In this document: positions 1-12,934 of the stretch, one piece after another
How the letters are laid out: each line of letters begins with the position of its first letter
Numbering within the stretch: the first letter of the stretch is position 1
Assembly: GCA_002269645.1 (NCBI GenBank)
Contig: NIVC01001670.1
Span: 1-64,000 of the forward strand
Source: Macrostomum lignano
Taxonomy: Eukaryota
Direction of reading: 5' to 3'
Length of the DNA stretch: 64,000 bases
Notes under the pieces: model-generated
Told to the model about the DNA's origin: nothing
The model's database searches: none
The model's input: the letters and a program-made list of their open reading frames with translations, nothing else
Made by a program: the position numbers and the translations under genes

Positions 1-139
1 ACTTTGACAATAGCGCTTGATTCTCGCCAAGCTTGAGTAGTCCAGGAGAAGTTTGTCCTGATGGGAGCTGACTGCGACGACAGCTCAGCCGCAGCTATTG
101 CGCGGCGTATCTGAAGGCTGCGTACGGCTCTGTTCAGTC

Positions 140-325
140 CAAAGACTGGGGGTCACCACACACACCCTCAATTACCCCAGCTAATGCTGCACCCATTTTA
201 CAGCTGGGTGAACTGAAGAAATGCCAGAGTTGAGTGTCTTGCTCCAGGACACAAATTTTTCCAGTGGAATCGAACCCCCGACTTTGCAGTCGTGAGTCCA
301 ACGCTCTACAACCCCTCCCATAGCC
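140..325 (-). mobile_element. tRNA-derived SINE with CORE-like central domain
   Basis: Minus strand reads TAGAGCGTTGGACTCACGACTGCAAAGTCGGGGGTTCGATTCCA (tRNA-like head with B box GGTTCGATTCC at 266-276), then GTGTCCTGGAGCAAGACACTCAACTC...CACCCAGCTGTAAAATGGGTGC, resembling SINE central domains. No complete cloverleaf is evident. Confidence 0.65.
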
Positions 326-1010
326 ATATGGGACTCTCCTTTTTCCAGCTCTGCGCACAGTGGTCCTGTCATGAAAAAAACTGAGTTTTAGGCTCCCCGA
401 AGCATTGAAAGATGTTTATATCTTTAACCTTGCTTTTTCCAACCAGCTTTGTGAGCCTGTAATGGAGAGGAAAATGCCGCAATCCTTAAGCCTCGGACGC
501 ACTTAAAAATCCTACAAATACGAGCGTAAAGAGGATGCCGAGCCGGAACCTGAATTAAATGACTGACCCAGTCCGCCCAGACAGAATGAAATGCCTATTT
601 AGACTTTCCTTCTTTTCTTTCACAAAAGATAAGCCGCATTCTTGTTGACAGCTGTTTTAAAATTGCTTCTTTCAGGCCGGCCTCGAATTCTAGCTTGCCG
701 AGCTCGGGGGGGGATTCGCCGTATTTAGTGCGAGAGGGAGGCTTCTTCGATTCTGATCGGGGCTGCTTCTGCAAGCAGATCTGCTGCAGATCGGCATCGC
801 ATCGCCCAGCCTCGTATCCGGGATGATTGACCGCCGCTTCTGGGCGCACTGGGCTCGCATGGTGAACGACCCGGAAATATCGCAGCAGCGGCGAATTTTA
901 TAAAGCCGGCTGCGACTGCACTTGCTGGCACTTGGGCGGTGCACTTGGCAGCGTTGTGTTCTGGGCCAGTCTTTACGCTTGAATTCCAGCTTGTTCACTT
1001 GCATGAATGA

Positions 1011-1720
1011 CCCTCTGATCTGCTCAAGTACACGGACACCCCTCTGATCTGCTCAAGTACACGGACACCCCTCTGATCTGCTCAAGTACACGGACACCCC
1101 TCTGATCTGCTCAAGTACACGGACACCCCTCTGATCTGTTCAAGTACACGGACACCCCTCTGATCTGCTCAAGTACACGGACACCCCTCTGATCTGCTCA
1201 AGTACACGGACACCCCTCTGATCTGTTCAAGTACACGGACACCCCTCTGATCTGCTCAAGTACACGGACACCCCTCTGATCTGTTCAAGTACACGGACAC
1301 CCCTCTGATCTGCTCAAGTACACGGACACCCCTCTGATCTGCTCAAGTACACGGACACCCCTCTGATCTGCTCAAGTACACGGACACCCCTCTGATCTGT
1401 TCAAGTACACGGACACCCCTCTGATCTGCTCAAGTACACGGACACCCCTCTGATCTGCTCAAGTACACGGACACCCCTCTGATCTGTTCAAGTACACGGA
1501 CACCCCTCTGATCTGCTCAAGTACACGGACACCCTCTGATCTGCTCAAGTACACGGACACCCTTTGATCTGCTCAAGTACACGGACACCCCTCTGATCTG
1601 CTCAAGTACACGGACACCCCTCTGATCTGCTCAAGTACACGGACACCCCTCTGATCTGCTCAAGTACACGGACACCCCTCTGATCTGTTCAAGTACACGG
1701 ACACCCCTCTGATCTGTTCA
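1011..1720. repeat. 29-bp minisatellite (CCCTCTGATCTGCTCAAGTACACGGACAC), about 24 copies
   Basis: Direct periodicity. Confidence 0.95.
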
Positions 1721-1749
1721 GACACTCCTCTGGGATGAATCTGACAAGC

Positions 1750-1985
1750 ACACAGACACCCTGATCAGGCCATCACGCAGACACCCTGATCAGGCCATCA
1801 CACAGACACCCTGATCAGGCCATCACATAGACACCCTGATCAGGCCATCACACAGACACCCTGATCAGGCCATCACACAGACACTCTGATCAGGCCATCA
1901 CACAGACACCCTGATCAGGCCATCACACAGACACCCTGATCAGGCCGTCACACAGACACCCTGATCAGGCCATCACACAGACACC
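1750..1985. repeat. 25-bp minisatellite (CAGACACCCTGATCAGGCCATCACA), about 9 copies
   Basis: Direct periodicity; shares the GACACCC..TGATC core with the adjacent 29-mer. Confidence 0.9.
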
Positions 1986-3314
1986 TCCTTGAGCCTCAGA
2001 ATCACGGTGCACTAATTATGTCCAGCCGGTTCTTGTTCTTTGCTATTCCGCCCAAAGCAACGGGCATCGCCCCTTTTTACGCGCCCGTTGCAGCCGCCTC
2101 GGGATGGCCGGCCGGGCGCGCGGTTTCAGGCTCTGTTCTCTTGTCAGACGCAGCCGAGTGAAAAGCCCCCCTCCCCAGCAACAAGGCAGTCGCCGCTCAT
2201 TTTCATCAGCTCTTGGCGGGATCAGCGACTCAGCGGATGAGGAGATGGGTTCGCAAAAGAGTTGCCCGCGGGATGAAACGGCGGGCTGAGTGGCTCCTTC
2301 TGCCCCCCCCCACCCGCAGCTGCTCAGGCTTTCATCTCTCTGAACCGGACAGCAGCTCTGGACCTCCTGCAGTGCACTTTCTAGCAGCAGCTCTGCGACG
2401 CAAACACTCCGCGGGCAAAGTTTGCAATCTGGTGCAAAAATCAGCGATCTTGTCGGTTTAGGGGAGGCAGTTGGAGAAAGCCTTGCTTGCGCCAAGGTTT
2501 GGGCTGAGCATTGAGCTGAGTTTATCCAGCTGCTCTGCTCGACGCTGTCCGGCACAGCGGCTAGCGAATGGTGTCGATTGAGCTCTGAGGGGGGGGGGAC
2601 AATTCAGATCATTAGAATGAATGTCTTGAACTTTGATATGATGAGGCCTTTAAAAATAGGAGCTTGTCCGGTCGATGGGATCGCACTAGCCCTGCCAGTT
2701 TCCCAGATCTCAGCCAGTCCGCTGTTCTCGCCTCCGGGATCTTCTCTCGGCCTCTGGAGCAGCCCCAGGCCATAAATAAATCGATGAGTTTATGCTGGAA
2801 TTAGTTGCTAATTGCCCAGCCGGCCAGCGCCTGCCTGCCTGCCTGCCTAATCTGTGCGCTCGCCTCACTGACTGCCGGCCTCCCAGCGGTCCCCGCATTG
2901 GCTGGCTGGCTGGCTCGCTCTGCCATGCCCAACCCCCCGTCGCAGCCGCATTCATACTTCACATCTCCGCCCAGCCCGCCCAGCCCAGTTTGCATTGCCA
3001 TTGACGCCCGAGCGGCCGAACGCAGCCCAGCCCGGCCAGCTCAAGCACTGGGACCATTCCGGCTGACCAGGCGGCCACGGCATGAACGCGCCCAGCACCT
3101 TCATTCAGCTCCGTCGGGTCGTTGCCAGCGCGCCATATCAGGCGAGTAACCCCTGCTGCTAAAGCCGCTAAATGAGCCATCTTGTCTATATTTCTGTCCT
3201 TGACGGGTCCACTGCCAGCTGTTGGCCATTGCTCCAGTCTCTGCTCTGGCAAAATCAGTGACAGGAGTTGCGCTCACTCGATCTCTTGACGGTCTTTATT
3301 GTTTCGTCTCCAAA

Positions 3315-3450
3315 GCCAGCCAATCAGACAAAGTCGTCAGCGCCCCACCCCAACTCCGCAAACCCCACCGAGTCGCCAGCCAATCAGAGAAAGTCGTCAG
3401 CGCCCCACCCCAACTCCGCAAACCCCACCGAGCCGCCAGCCAATCAGGAG
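3315..3450 (+). promoter_or_regulatory. 60-bp tandem repeat carrying three CCAAT boxes (AGCCAATCAG), putative promoter
   Basis: CCAAT at 3320, 3380 and 3440, 80-200 bp upstream of ATG 3520. Confidence 0.4.
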
Positions 3451-3519
3451 ACCCCTGAGGCGCCAAGTCGCCCATCCGCCGTCTCTACAAAGGTCGGCTC
3501 AGGTCGGCGCCGCTGGCAA

Positions 3520-3624
3520 ATGAACTTCTCTAGGTCGATGCTGGCCTACGGAAAAACGCCGAAGCGGTCGGGCAGCGGCTACGGCAGGCCCAAGCGGCAG
3601 CTGCCGACCTCCACGTCCTACTAT
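3520..3624 (+). CDS. Candidate first coding exon (MNFSRSMLAYGKTPKRSGSGYGRPKRQLPTSTSYY), phase-0 donor; possibly a distal alternative start of the channel gene
   Basis: ATG 3520, 105 nt, consensus donor TAT|GTAAGT; the splice partner is not determined. Confidence 0.3.
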
Positions 3625-4727
3625 GTAAGTGGCTGCTGACGCTAGCCCGCCTGTCTGCTGGTGGCATGGAACCCGTCCAGCCTACTAGCCCCAGTAGATG
3701 AGCAGTTAGTCTTCAGAAAGTTTTTTTCTAGCCTTAGAAACTGCAATGCGCCGTGAGATCCAGCCCGACTAACAAGGGCAAAAGTTGCCGGCTTTTGCTA
3801 TCGAACTAGTTTTATATTTTTATTTTGCATGCCTTTTCGCTTGTTCGTCAATAGCGATTAACAGTACTTAGTGCACTTCTAACTGGAGGAGTACTTCAAG
3901 GGCTTGTCTTGCGAAGGCACAGACGGTTGACAAGCCCTGACGATAAGAAACTCGGGCCGTTGTACACCCTCCTGTGTGAGCTGTCAGGTCAGCCTTCCCC
4001 TACATCTGTAGTAGGGGATAAGACTGTCTCGAGTCCTTTTTCCCTCTCAGCCAGCCATTGATAAATATCTGAGCACTCCAAAGCAAAGTAGTAGCAGAGC
4101 TCATTACAACTGAGTTCGCTTGGCCAATTTCTAGACTTTGATGTTGCGAATGGCGGCTCAGGCCTGGAGATTCTGGGAGACCGAGCAAGCAACAGAAATG
4201 GATTTCAGATCTCAATCAGCATCGCCCTCCTCCTCCTCCCGGATCCCCACCTGCCTCCAGTGGCAGTTGTGTGCAGGGCCTCAGGTGAGGGAGCGAAAAC
4301 CTCCATGAGCCAACAGGTTTACCCACTCCCCCGAGACAGAAGAACACGACTTATCCATCACCTGGACAGGTGCTTTCAGCCCCGGCTTCGGTTCCGAATC
4401 AAATGCAATTCTTTGGTCACGGCGCCCTGATGCGCTTTACCTTGAGATGCCCGGGGGAGACTCTGCTGCTAACCGTCTCATATTTTTATATGGGACTGAC
4501 ACGAATCAGTGCGCGCGAGGCTGGGGGGTCAACCAGACCGGGCGGGGGGGGGGGGCTGCGTCCTCGCTCTTCCCGGGAGCTTCTGAAGCTTCTCGGGATC
4601 TGCCCAGGCAACCCTTCCTGACTTGAACAACTTTCCGAGCTTTTTGGATACCCCTCACTGAATTAAGGCACCCCACGGAGCCTATGGACATCCCTCACCT
4701 TAGTCCATTCCACATCTCACCTCCTCC

Positions 4728-5190
4728 TCACCTTGGACAGCATTCCCTACCTCACCTTGGACAGCATTCCCCACCTCACCTTGGACAGCATTCCCCACCT
4801 CACCTTGGACAGCACTCCCCACCTCACCTTGGACAGCATTCCCCACCTCACCTTGGACAGCATTCCCCACCTCACCTTGGACAGCATTCCCCACCTCACC
4901 TTGGACAGCACTCCCCAACTCACCTTGGACAGCATTCCCCACCTCACCTTGGACAGCATTCCCCACCTCACCTTGGACAGCATTCCCCACCTCACCTTGG
5001 ACAGCATTCCCCACCTCACCTTGGACAGCATTCCCCACCTCACCTTGGACAGCATTCCCCACCTCACCTTGGACAGCATTCCCCACCTCACCTTGGACAG
5101 CATTCCCCACCTCACCTTGGACAGCATTCCCCACCTCACCTTGGACAGCATTCCCCACCTCACCTTGGACAGCATTCCCCACCTCACATT
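4728..5190. repeat. 24-bp minisatellite (CACCTCACCTTGGACAGCATTCCC), about 20 copies, nested in a duplicated unit
   Basis: Direct periodicity; flanks duplicated at 5242-5412. Confidence 0.95.
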
Positions 5191-6084
5191 GGACAGCCCT
5201 TTGGACATCCTCCCTGTCTATAGACACCCCTTAGAACCTTTGGATAACCCTCACTGAATTTAGGCACCCCACGGAGCCTATGGACATCCCTCACCTTGGT
5301 CCATTCCACACCTCACCTCCTCCTCACCTTGGACAGGACAGCATTCCCCTCCTCACCTTGGACAGCCCTTGGACATCCTCCTCCCTGTCTATAGACACCC
5401 CTTAGAACCTTTGGATACCCGCGCTGTCTCTAGACGACTCTCCAAGCCTTTGGACGCCCCTCGGTGTATTTAAACACGGACCCAGGCCTCTGGCCACCTT
5501 TCCCAGCTTTACAATACCTCTGAGTACTTGGACAGCCTCACCAGACTTCAGATATTCCTGTGGACACCCTCCCCAGCTCTGCAATCCCTCTCTGCTCCGC
5601 TCCCGTCAGCTCCAGCTGCTCGCCCCGGCAATCCTCGCTGTCCCGTTTATGCTTCCGGCCTCGCCCAGGAAATAAAAAATGCAAATCGCGTAGCAACTGG
5701 TCCCATGCCAAATCCGCGCCCCGAGTGACAGCCTCGAATCGGGCCTGGTCTCTCTAAACCCCCCGCCGAACTGGCGTAGATGACCCCCCCCCCCTAAATA
5801 GGCGCCGCAGCGGAAGTGCCGATCCAGTAGGGAGGAGACTGCCGCTGACATCCGCTTGGGATTTGAGATTAAATCCCAAACTGTTATGATTGCGATTAAT
5901 CGGACTTCCCAAGTAAGATGTTTCCTGCCTGGGCGCTCCACTCCCTCCACATGGGAAACTGCCAGTCTTGTAGCTGCTTTCTAATATGAAATTTGAAATT
6001 TCATTTTGTCTTCTGTGCCTGCGTGTGCGCCTCTTCATCTCCCTTATCTCCTCTATCTGCATCTACCTTCCCCGTCTCTTCTCT

Positions 6085-6240
6085 CTGTCTCTGCATCTAC
6101 CCTTCTGTCTCCCCTCTGCATCTACCCTTCTGTCTCCCCTCTGCATCTACCCTTCTGTCTCCCCTCTGCATCTACCCTTCTGTCTCCCCTCTGCATCTAC
6201 CCTTCTGTCTCCCCTCTGCATCTACCCTTCTGTCTCCCTC
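6085..6240. repeat. 25-bp minisatellite (CTGCATCTACCCTTCTGTCTCCCCT)
   Basis: Direct periodicity. Confidence 0.9.
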
Positions 6241-6869
6241 TCTACATCTACCTCAATGTGTTTCGTTCACTTCCTCTCCCCTCTCCCAGTTCGAGTCGGC
6301 AATCCATTCTAGCCTGCCACGCTACAGCGGCTGCACTGCGGGCTGATGCGAATGCGTGTATTTATCCAGACACAGCCCAGCCCCAACTCTCTGTCTGTTT
6401 GCAGTTCAAGCCAGTGCAATATTGAATCTGATTACATTAAGCGCCCGCATCGCCACGCGGTGATAAATGGCGCTCACAGGGAGCGGCGCCCCATCCTCTG
6501 GCTATGGCTCCCCATCCGGCTGCCCGTGTGCGGATATAATTAAGGGCTCCTTGTCTGGTTTGCAGCGCTGATTGCCTCTGCTTTCACAGGCCTGCTTTAA
6601 ACTATAAAGTTTATTTTTATGAAGTAGCCTTCCGATGCGCCGAAATACCAGGCACATGAGTCTGCATCGCAGTGGCAAAGGATGAGTCACACCCACCTTG
6701 TGCCAGATTATGAGTTTAATTACGTGACAAGCCCTTCGGCACAGTGATTACCTGGGGGATCCCCGATCTCTTCTTTTCTCAATGTGAATGCAGGTTTTAT
6801 GTAATCGCATTTTGTCATTGTGTCCGACTGATCAGTGACCTCCACTTTGGCGCTCTGTCTGCTACAATT

Positions 6870-7800
6870 CTCTCTCCCTCTTTCGCTCTCGCTCTCTCTC
6901 CCTCTCTCGCTCACGCTCTCTCGCTCTCCCTCTCTCGCTCTCGCTCTCTCACTCTCACTCTCTCGCTCTCACCTTTTCGCTCTCACTCTCTCGCTCTCAC
7001 TCTCTCGCTCTCACTCTCTCACTCTCACCTTTTCGCTCTCCTCTCTCGCTCTCACTCTCTCGCTCTCACTCTCTCGCTCTCACTCTCTCGCTCTCACTCT
7101 CTCGCTCTCACTCTCTCGCTCTCACTCTCTCGCTCTCACTCTCTCACTCTCACCTTTTCGCTCTCACTCTCTCGCTCTCACTCTCTCACTCTCACCTTTT
7201 CGCTCTCACTCTCTCGCTCTCAACTCTCGCTCTCACTCTCTCGCTCTCCCTCTCTCGCTCTCGCTCTCTCACTCTCACTCTCTCGCTCTCACCTTTTCGC
7301 TCTCACTCTCTCGCTCTCACTCTCTCGCTCTCACTCTCTCGCTCTCACTCTCTCACTCTCACCTTTTCGCTTTCACTCTCTCGCTCTCACTCTCTCGCTC
7401 TCACTCTCCCGCTCTCACTCTCTTGCTCTCACTCTCTCACTCTCACCTTTTCGCTCTCACTCTCTCGCTCTCACTCTCTCGCTCTCCCTCTCTCGCTCTC
7501 GCTCTCTCACTCTCACTCTCTCGCTCTCACCTTTTCGCTCTCACTCTCTCGCTCTCACTCTCTCGCTCTCACTCTCTCGCTCTCACTCTCTCACTCTCAC
7601 CTTTTCGCTCTCACTCTCTCGCTCTCACTCTCTCGCTCTCACTCTCCCGCTCTCACTCTCTCGCTCTCACTCTCTCACTCTCACCTTTTCGCTCTCACTC
7701 TCTCGCTCTCACTCTCTCGCTCTCACTCTCCCGCTCTCACTCTCTCGCTCTCACTCTCTCACTCTCACTCTCTCGCTCTCACTCTCTCGCTCTCACTCTT
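6870..7800. repeat. CT-rich satellite of about 14 bp (CTCTCACTCTCTCG)
   Basis: Direct periodicity. Confidence 0.9.
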
Positions 7801-8800
7801 ACTTCCTCTCCGTCTCTACAGCTCTCCCTCACTTGGAATTTCGCATCTCCATAAAAAAGTCCCTCTCTTCAACGAATCACCGTTGCCAAGCACAGGTCAA
7901 TCCCAGCAGTGGCAACGATGAGAGAGCGCTCGATCGAGTTGAGATCACGGCCGCCTTGAGTCCGGGGGTTGGCTTCTCCATCCCCGAGAGCAGGCCTGAG
8001 AAGTGCGGCCGGGCGTGACAAATCTAAGTTGCTGGGGATGGAGAGATGGCCATGCCAGAAGCTGGAAGGCCCCACTAGCAGTCAGCACAGCTCTTCAAGT
8101 TATCCAGCAATTTTGTCCGGAAAAAAATGGACGCATGCTCACGCAATACTACTCATGTCCGCTGTGGCGAGTCAGTTAGGGTTCTCAGGATACCGGAGAG
8201 AAATTAAGGGGTCGAGAGGCTCTCCGAAATTTCTTTTCTATCAATCGAACTATGAGGACATTGTAATTTATTATACCCAATCTATTATACTCAATCTCAT
8301 ATGAAATTCCCTCATATTTGTGATTTCAGATCATCTCAAAATGTATAGACACAAACTCAAATCATTTCATTTTCTTGTGAACATGGTATTGAAGATATTT
8401 ACGCAGCTTGTCTGCCCAAGTAAACCACAGGCCGCATTCTGCTGTAGCCAAAATAAACTCACACACAATCAACAGTCCTGCTTGTTCTAGACTGACGGCC
8501 TTCTCTCTTTATTCGAAACTCGAAAGCATTCAGTCTGCTTCTCATATATGTATAATTTCTCATACGAGCGTATATGTTAGTTCTCATTGCTTTTATCTTC
8601 TGGAGCTTTTGCTTTCGTTTCTGGACAAAATAATCCATCCAGACTCCGCCAGCTCCCTCATCGCCTATTCATCCATTCTGTGCTCAGCCCTATCCATCAT
8701 CCTGAGAGGGACTCTGCTTGGGATGCTTCTGCTTTGGGAAGTTGCCTGTTTTGAATGTCAAAAATACAAGTTCAGATACAGATACTGTCATATCTACTTT

Positions 8801-9143
8801 CAGTCAGTCAGTCAGTCAGTCAGTCAGTCAGTCAGTCAGTCAGTCAGTCAGTCAGTCAATCAGTCAGTCAGTCAGTCAGTCAGTCAGTCAGTCAGTCAGT
8901 CAGTCAGTCAGTCAGTCAGTCAGTCAGTCAGTCAGTCAGTCAGTCAGTCAGTCAGTCAGTCAGTCAGTCAGTCAGTCAGTCAGTCAGTCAGTCAGTCAGT
9001 CAGTCAGTCAGTCAGTCAGTCAGTCAGTCAGTCAGTCAGTCAGTCAGTCAGTCAGTCAGTCAGTCAGTCAGTCAGTCAGTCAGTCAGTCAGTCAGTCAGT
9101 CAGTCAGTCAGTCAGTCAGTCAGTCAGTCAGTCAGTCAGTCAG
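8801..9143. repeat. (CAGT)n microsatellite
   Basis: About 85 nearly perfect units. Confidence 0.97.
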
Positions 9144-9789
9144 AAGGTCACCGGCACCACTCTAATTAATAACCCGAGCAGCTGCCCGTTCCGGATGAGC
9201 TCCGGTGAGTTCCCCCCTCCCCTCCCCAACCCTAAGCGGAAGAAGATGGGAGGCAGCCTTGAATTGCTCAATTTTTTCTCCCAATGCCCCAGCTGTGACA
9301 GCGCGCTGCGCCTCACTCCAGGCTGGGCATCCCGGATCAGCATCGCCAGCTAAGCGCGGCAAGCAGAGCATAAATCACGCCAGAATCCCGGGAAAAGCCG
9401 GTGTGTTTGTCAACCACGTGGGGTCGGCAACGCCGACTTGGCGCAAAGTTTTCGGCGCAGGCTGGCCGCGCGCTCTTCATGCAGTTTAATAATTTATTGC
9501 CGGGCCTCCATTTATGAGCATTCGGTCATCGCACCCTTCAGGGTCCTCTGGCGGCCGATGGGAGCAGAGCTGCCAGACCACCCGCTGGCTCGCCACTCAG
9601 TTCCACCTCCCACGCCACAGCCGGCGATTGGCTGCCTGGAGTCGATCATTGATGCTGGGAGCAGGGGGGGGGCTGAGCCATCCCCATCCCAGCTCAAGGA
9701 TGTCAAAAAGAATCGAGAGACCCAAGCAGCTCATTAGCCTCAGAGCTGCGGCCAGTCTTCTCCTCCTGGCCTCCCCGAACTGCGCAGCC

Positions 9790-9852
9790 ATGCAGCACCG
9801 GCCACGGCTTGTGCAAATTGGCAGGCAGAACAGCTCCATGACCTTCATCACG
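9790..9852 (+). CDS. Candidate alternative first coding exon (MQHRPRLVQIGRQNSSMTFIT), phase-0 donor
   Basis: ATG 9790, 63 nt, donor ACG|GTGAGG; the link to the channel gene is inferred only from phase. Confidence 0.25.
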
Positions 9853-9927
9853 GTGAGGCCCGCGGGGCGGTGGGAGGCTGAGCTGACGTCAAATTTGTAC
9901 TGTTGGATTGGACTGAGAAGTCGAGAC

Positions 9928-10040
9928 TCTTGAGCGGGACTGAATTCGGGACTCTTGAGCGGGATTAAATTCGGGACTCCTGAGCGGGACTGATTTCGAG
10001 ACTCTTGAGCGGGACTGAATTCGGGACTCTTGAGCGGGGT
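9928..10040. repeat. 25-bp repeat (GAGCGGGACTGAATTCGGGACTCTT), 4-5 copies
   Basis: Direct periodicity. Confidence 0.8.
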
Positions 10041-10302
10041 TAAGCTACTGAGAATTGAACTCGGGAATCGGGACTTCGAATTCGGATAAAATGCGTGAGT
10101 AAAGTCGCAGCAATCTGAGCATCAATTAATATTTACTGGTACTCTGGATAAAGTTGGGGAACACTCACAGACTCACTCAGGCAGAGATGCCCACGGGGAT
10201 TTCGCACATGTAGGGGAGTCCGTTGTACTTTTCCTCAGCTCGTAGTTTGCTGTGAGGATGGAACAGTAATTTTCAGGGGACAGTATGGACAGTAGCCCCG
10301 GG

Positions 10303-11710
10303 AACCAATCTTTTTGGCGCCCCGGGAACTCATCTCCTTGGCGCCCTGGGAACTCATCTTGGTGGGGCCCTGGGAACTCATCTCCTTGGCGCCCCGGGAA
10401 CTCATCTCCTTGGCGCCCAGGGAACTCATCTCCTTGGCGCCCCGGGAACTCATCTCCTTGGCGCCCCGGGAACTCATCTCCTTGGCGCCCCAGGGAACTC
10501 ATCTCGTTGGCGCCCAGGGAACTCATCTCCTTGGCGCCCCGGGAACTCATCTCCTTGGCGCCCCGGGAACTCATCTCCTTGGCGCCCAGGGAACTCATCT
10601 TCTTGGCGCCCCGGGAACTCATCTCCTTGGCGCCCCAGCAACTTATCTCCTTGGCGCACCGGGAACTCATCTTGGTGGGGCCCTGGGAACTTATCTCCTT
10701 GGCGCCCCGGGAACTCATCTCCTTGGCGCCCAGGGAACTCATCTCCTTGACGCCCAGGGAACTCATCTCCTTGGCGCCCCGGGAACTCATCTCCTTGGCG
10801 CCCCGGGAACTCATCTCGTTGGCGCCCAGGGAACTTATCTTCTTGGCGCCCAGGGAACTCATCTCCTTGGCGCCCCGGGAACTCATCTCCTTGGCGCCCC
10901 AGCAACTTATCTCCTTGGCGCCCCGGGAACTCATCTTGGTGGGGCCCTGGGAACTCATCTCCTTGGCGCCCCGGGAACTCATCTCCTTGGCGCCCAGGGA
11001 ACTCATCTTCTTGGCGCCCCGGGAACTCATCTCCTTGGCGCCCCGGGAACTCATCTCCTTGGCGCCCCGAGAACTCATCTCCTTGGCGCCCCAGCAACTT
11101 ATCTCCTTGGCGCCCCGGGAACTCATCTTGGTGGGGCCCTGGGAACTTATCTCCTTGGCGCCCAGGGAACTCATCTCCTTGGCGCCCAGGGAACTCATCT
11201 CCTTGGCGCCCAGGGAACTCATCTCCTTGGCGCCCAGGGAACTCATCTCCTTGGCGCCCAGGGAACTCATCTTCTTGGCGCCCAGGGAACTCATCTTCTT
11301 GGCGCCCCGGGAACTCATCTCCTTGGCGCCCCGGGAACTGGCGCCCCGGGAACTCATCTCGTTGGCGCCCAGGGAACTCATCTCCTTGGCGCCCCGGGAA
11401 CTCATCTCCTTGGCGCCCCGGGAACTCATCTCCTTGGCGCCCCGGGAACTCATCTTCTTGGCGCCCCGGGAACTCATCTCCTTGGCGCCCCGGGAACTCA
11501 TCTCCTTGGCGCCCCAGCAACTTATCTCCTTGGCGCCCCGGGAACTCATCTCCTTGGCGCCCCGGGAACTCATCTCCTTGGCGCCCCAGCAACTTATCTC
11601 CTTGGCGCCCCGGGAACTCATCTTGGTGGGGCCCTGGGAACTTTTCTCCTTGGCGCCCCGGCAACTCATCTTCTTGGTACCCTAGTAACTAATCTCCTTG
11701 GCGCCCCGGG
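10303..11710. repeat. 24-bp minisatellite (GGCGCCCCGGGAACTCATCTCCTT), more than 50 copies
   Basis: Direct periodicity; source of the 400-530 aa spurious ORFs. Confidence 0.95.
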
Positions 11711-12934
11711 AATTAATCTTGGCACCTTGTCCTTAGCTTTTGGCGCATTTGAAAGTCCAAAAAGATGTTTTAGGCAGTGGAATTCTCCTGAGCACTGGGG
11801 AACAAGCGAGGAGTCGCGGCGAACTTCCAGATTTGCCCTAGCAAAAATTCTTTGTTCCCGCAATAAAAAGAACTCCCAGTGCTTGAGAACTGTTTGCCTA
11901 GAAACAAGCGACTGAAGCGTCTAATGAAAACTAATTTTCAATCATTAGGGAAAAGTTGGCCCACAGCTTGAACGGGAAGAGCGGGAAGGATTAGGATTAG
12001 CAGTGCGTGGGTGAGCCTGGGCTGCCGCAGCTACCACGGTGTCCCCGTCAGTCCAGCTTCCTTCCTGGCACCGATGCAGTCCGGCCTCATGCATAATTAC
12101 AGTTCAGCATTCCCGCCCAGCCTTGGACTCTCGCAGCCCTTGTCTACTTCTCCCCGTTGCTAAGCTCAAACTGTGTTTTCCCTGCCGTGATCCGGGAGTA
12201 CTGCAGTAATTGCTGCCAGTTTGGCAGGCCCAGCCTGTATGCGCGGCAGATGGCCTTCAAATTGGATCGCCAACCCATGGATGAGCGGCGGTATCTCAGC
12301 CGCTCTCCTGAGCTAAATTAATTTGGCCCGCCAAAGCAGATTTGCATAAATGCTCAGCCGCTGCAGGGGCTCTGTCTGACCCGGCGGTTTGGCTTTCCCA
12401 GCCCTTGTAGCTTCGATGCCAAAAGATGAAGGAATTGGTGAGCAACAGAGGAGAATAGGTGGGGGGGGGGAGAATAATCCTCTCAGGCTTTTCTGAACTA
12501 CCGATATGTAGAGTAGCAAACTTATCTTGAAGGCAATGCATACGAGAGAAAAGGGTCTGATCGATTCTTTTACAGCTCGGTATGAAATGCACTTTATCGA
12601 TTGAAATTCGAATATATCTATTCGAAGTAACAAATATGGTCAAATATAGAATTTCCCCGCGGGATAAATTGCTGTGGCCCGGCCCTGCCCGCATCACTGC
12701 AGGCAGCTGTGCCGAATCCCCGCATTTGCTTGCCGCCAGGTCGGGGCTGCCAGCTGGGCCTCATCAGCTCAGCTCGGCTGTTGTTTTCCCCCTCGCCTCT
12801 CGCCCGAACTGGCGCGCCGGGCGGCTGCTCAAAGCGAGCCGAAATGCGGGAAACGAGCTGGAGTGGGACTGGGAGACCTTTGAGAGCTCTGCCTGCTGCC
12901 GCCCTCAGCAGCGCGGCATCTCCGCCTCTCACTT

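Noticed and set aside
255-325. Functional tRNA gene
   Set aside because: Only a B box and partial arms are present, running into a SINE-type body.
4261-4284. 24-nt phase-0 microexon candidate (WQLCAGPQ; CTCCAG| ... |GTGAGG)
   Set aside because: Plausible splice sites but no homology or context to support it.
7860-8080. Non-repetitive GC-rich ORF tails (also 2040-3150 and 34400-35140)
   Set aside because: No recognisable motifs or coherent splice structure; left unannotated.
10173-11915. ORFs of 400-530 aa (MSSRGAKE / LAPRELIS repeats), and similar long ORFs at 6.7-8.0, 8.4-9.4, 12.6-13.7, 21-23, 31-33, 50-52 and 57-61 kb
   Set aside because: They are translations of stop-free satellites, open in several frames on both strands, and many lie inside introns of reconstructed genes.
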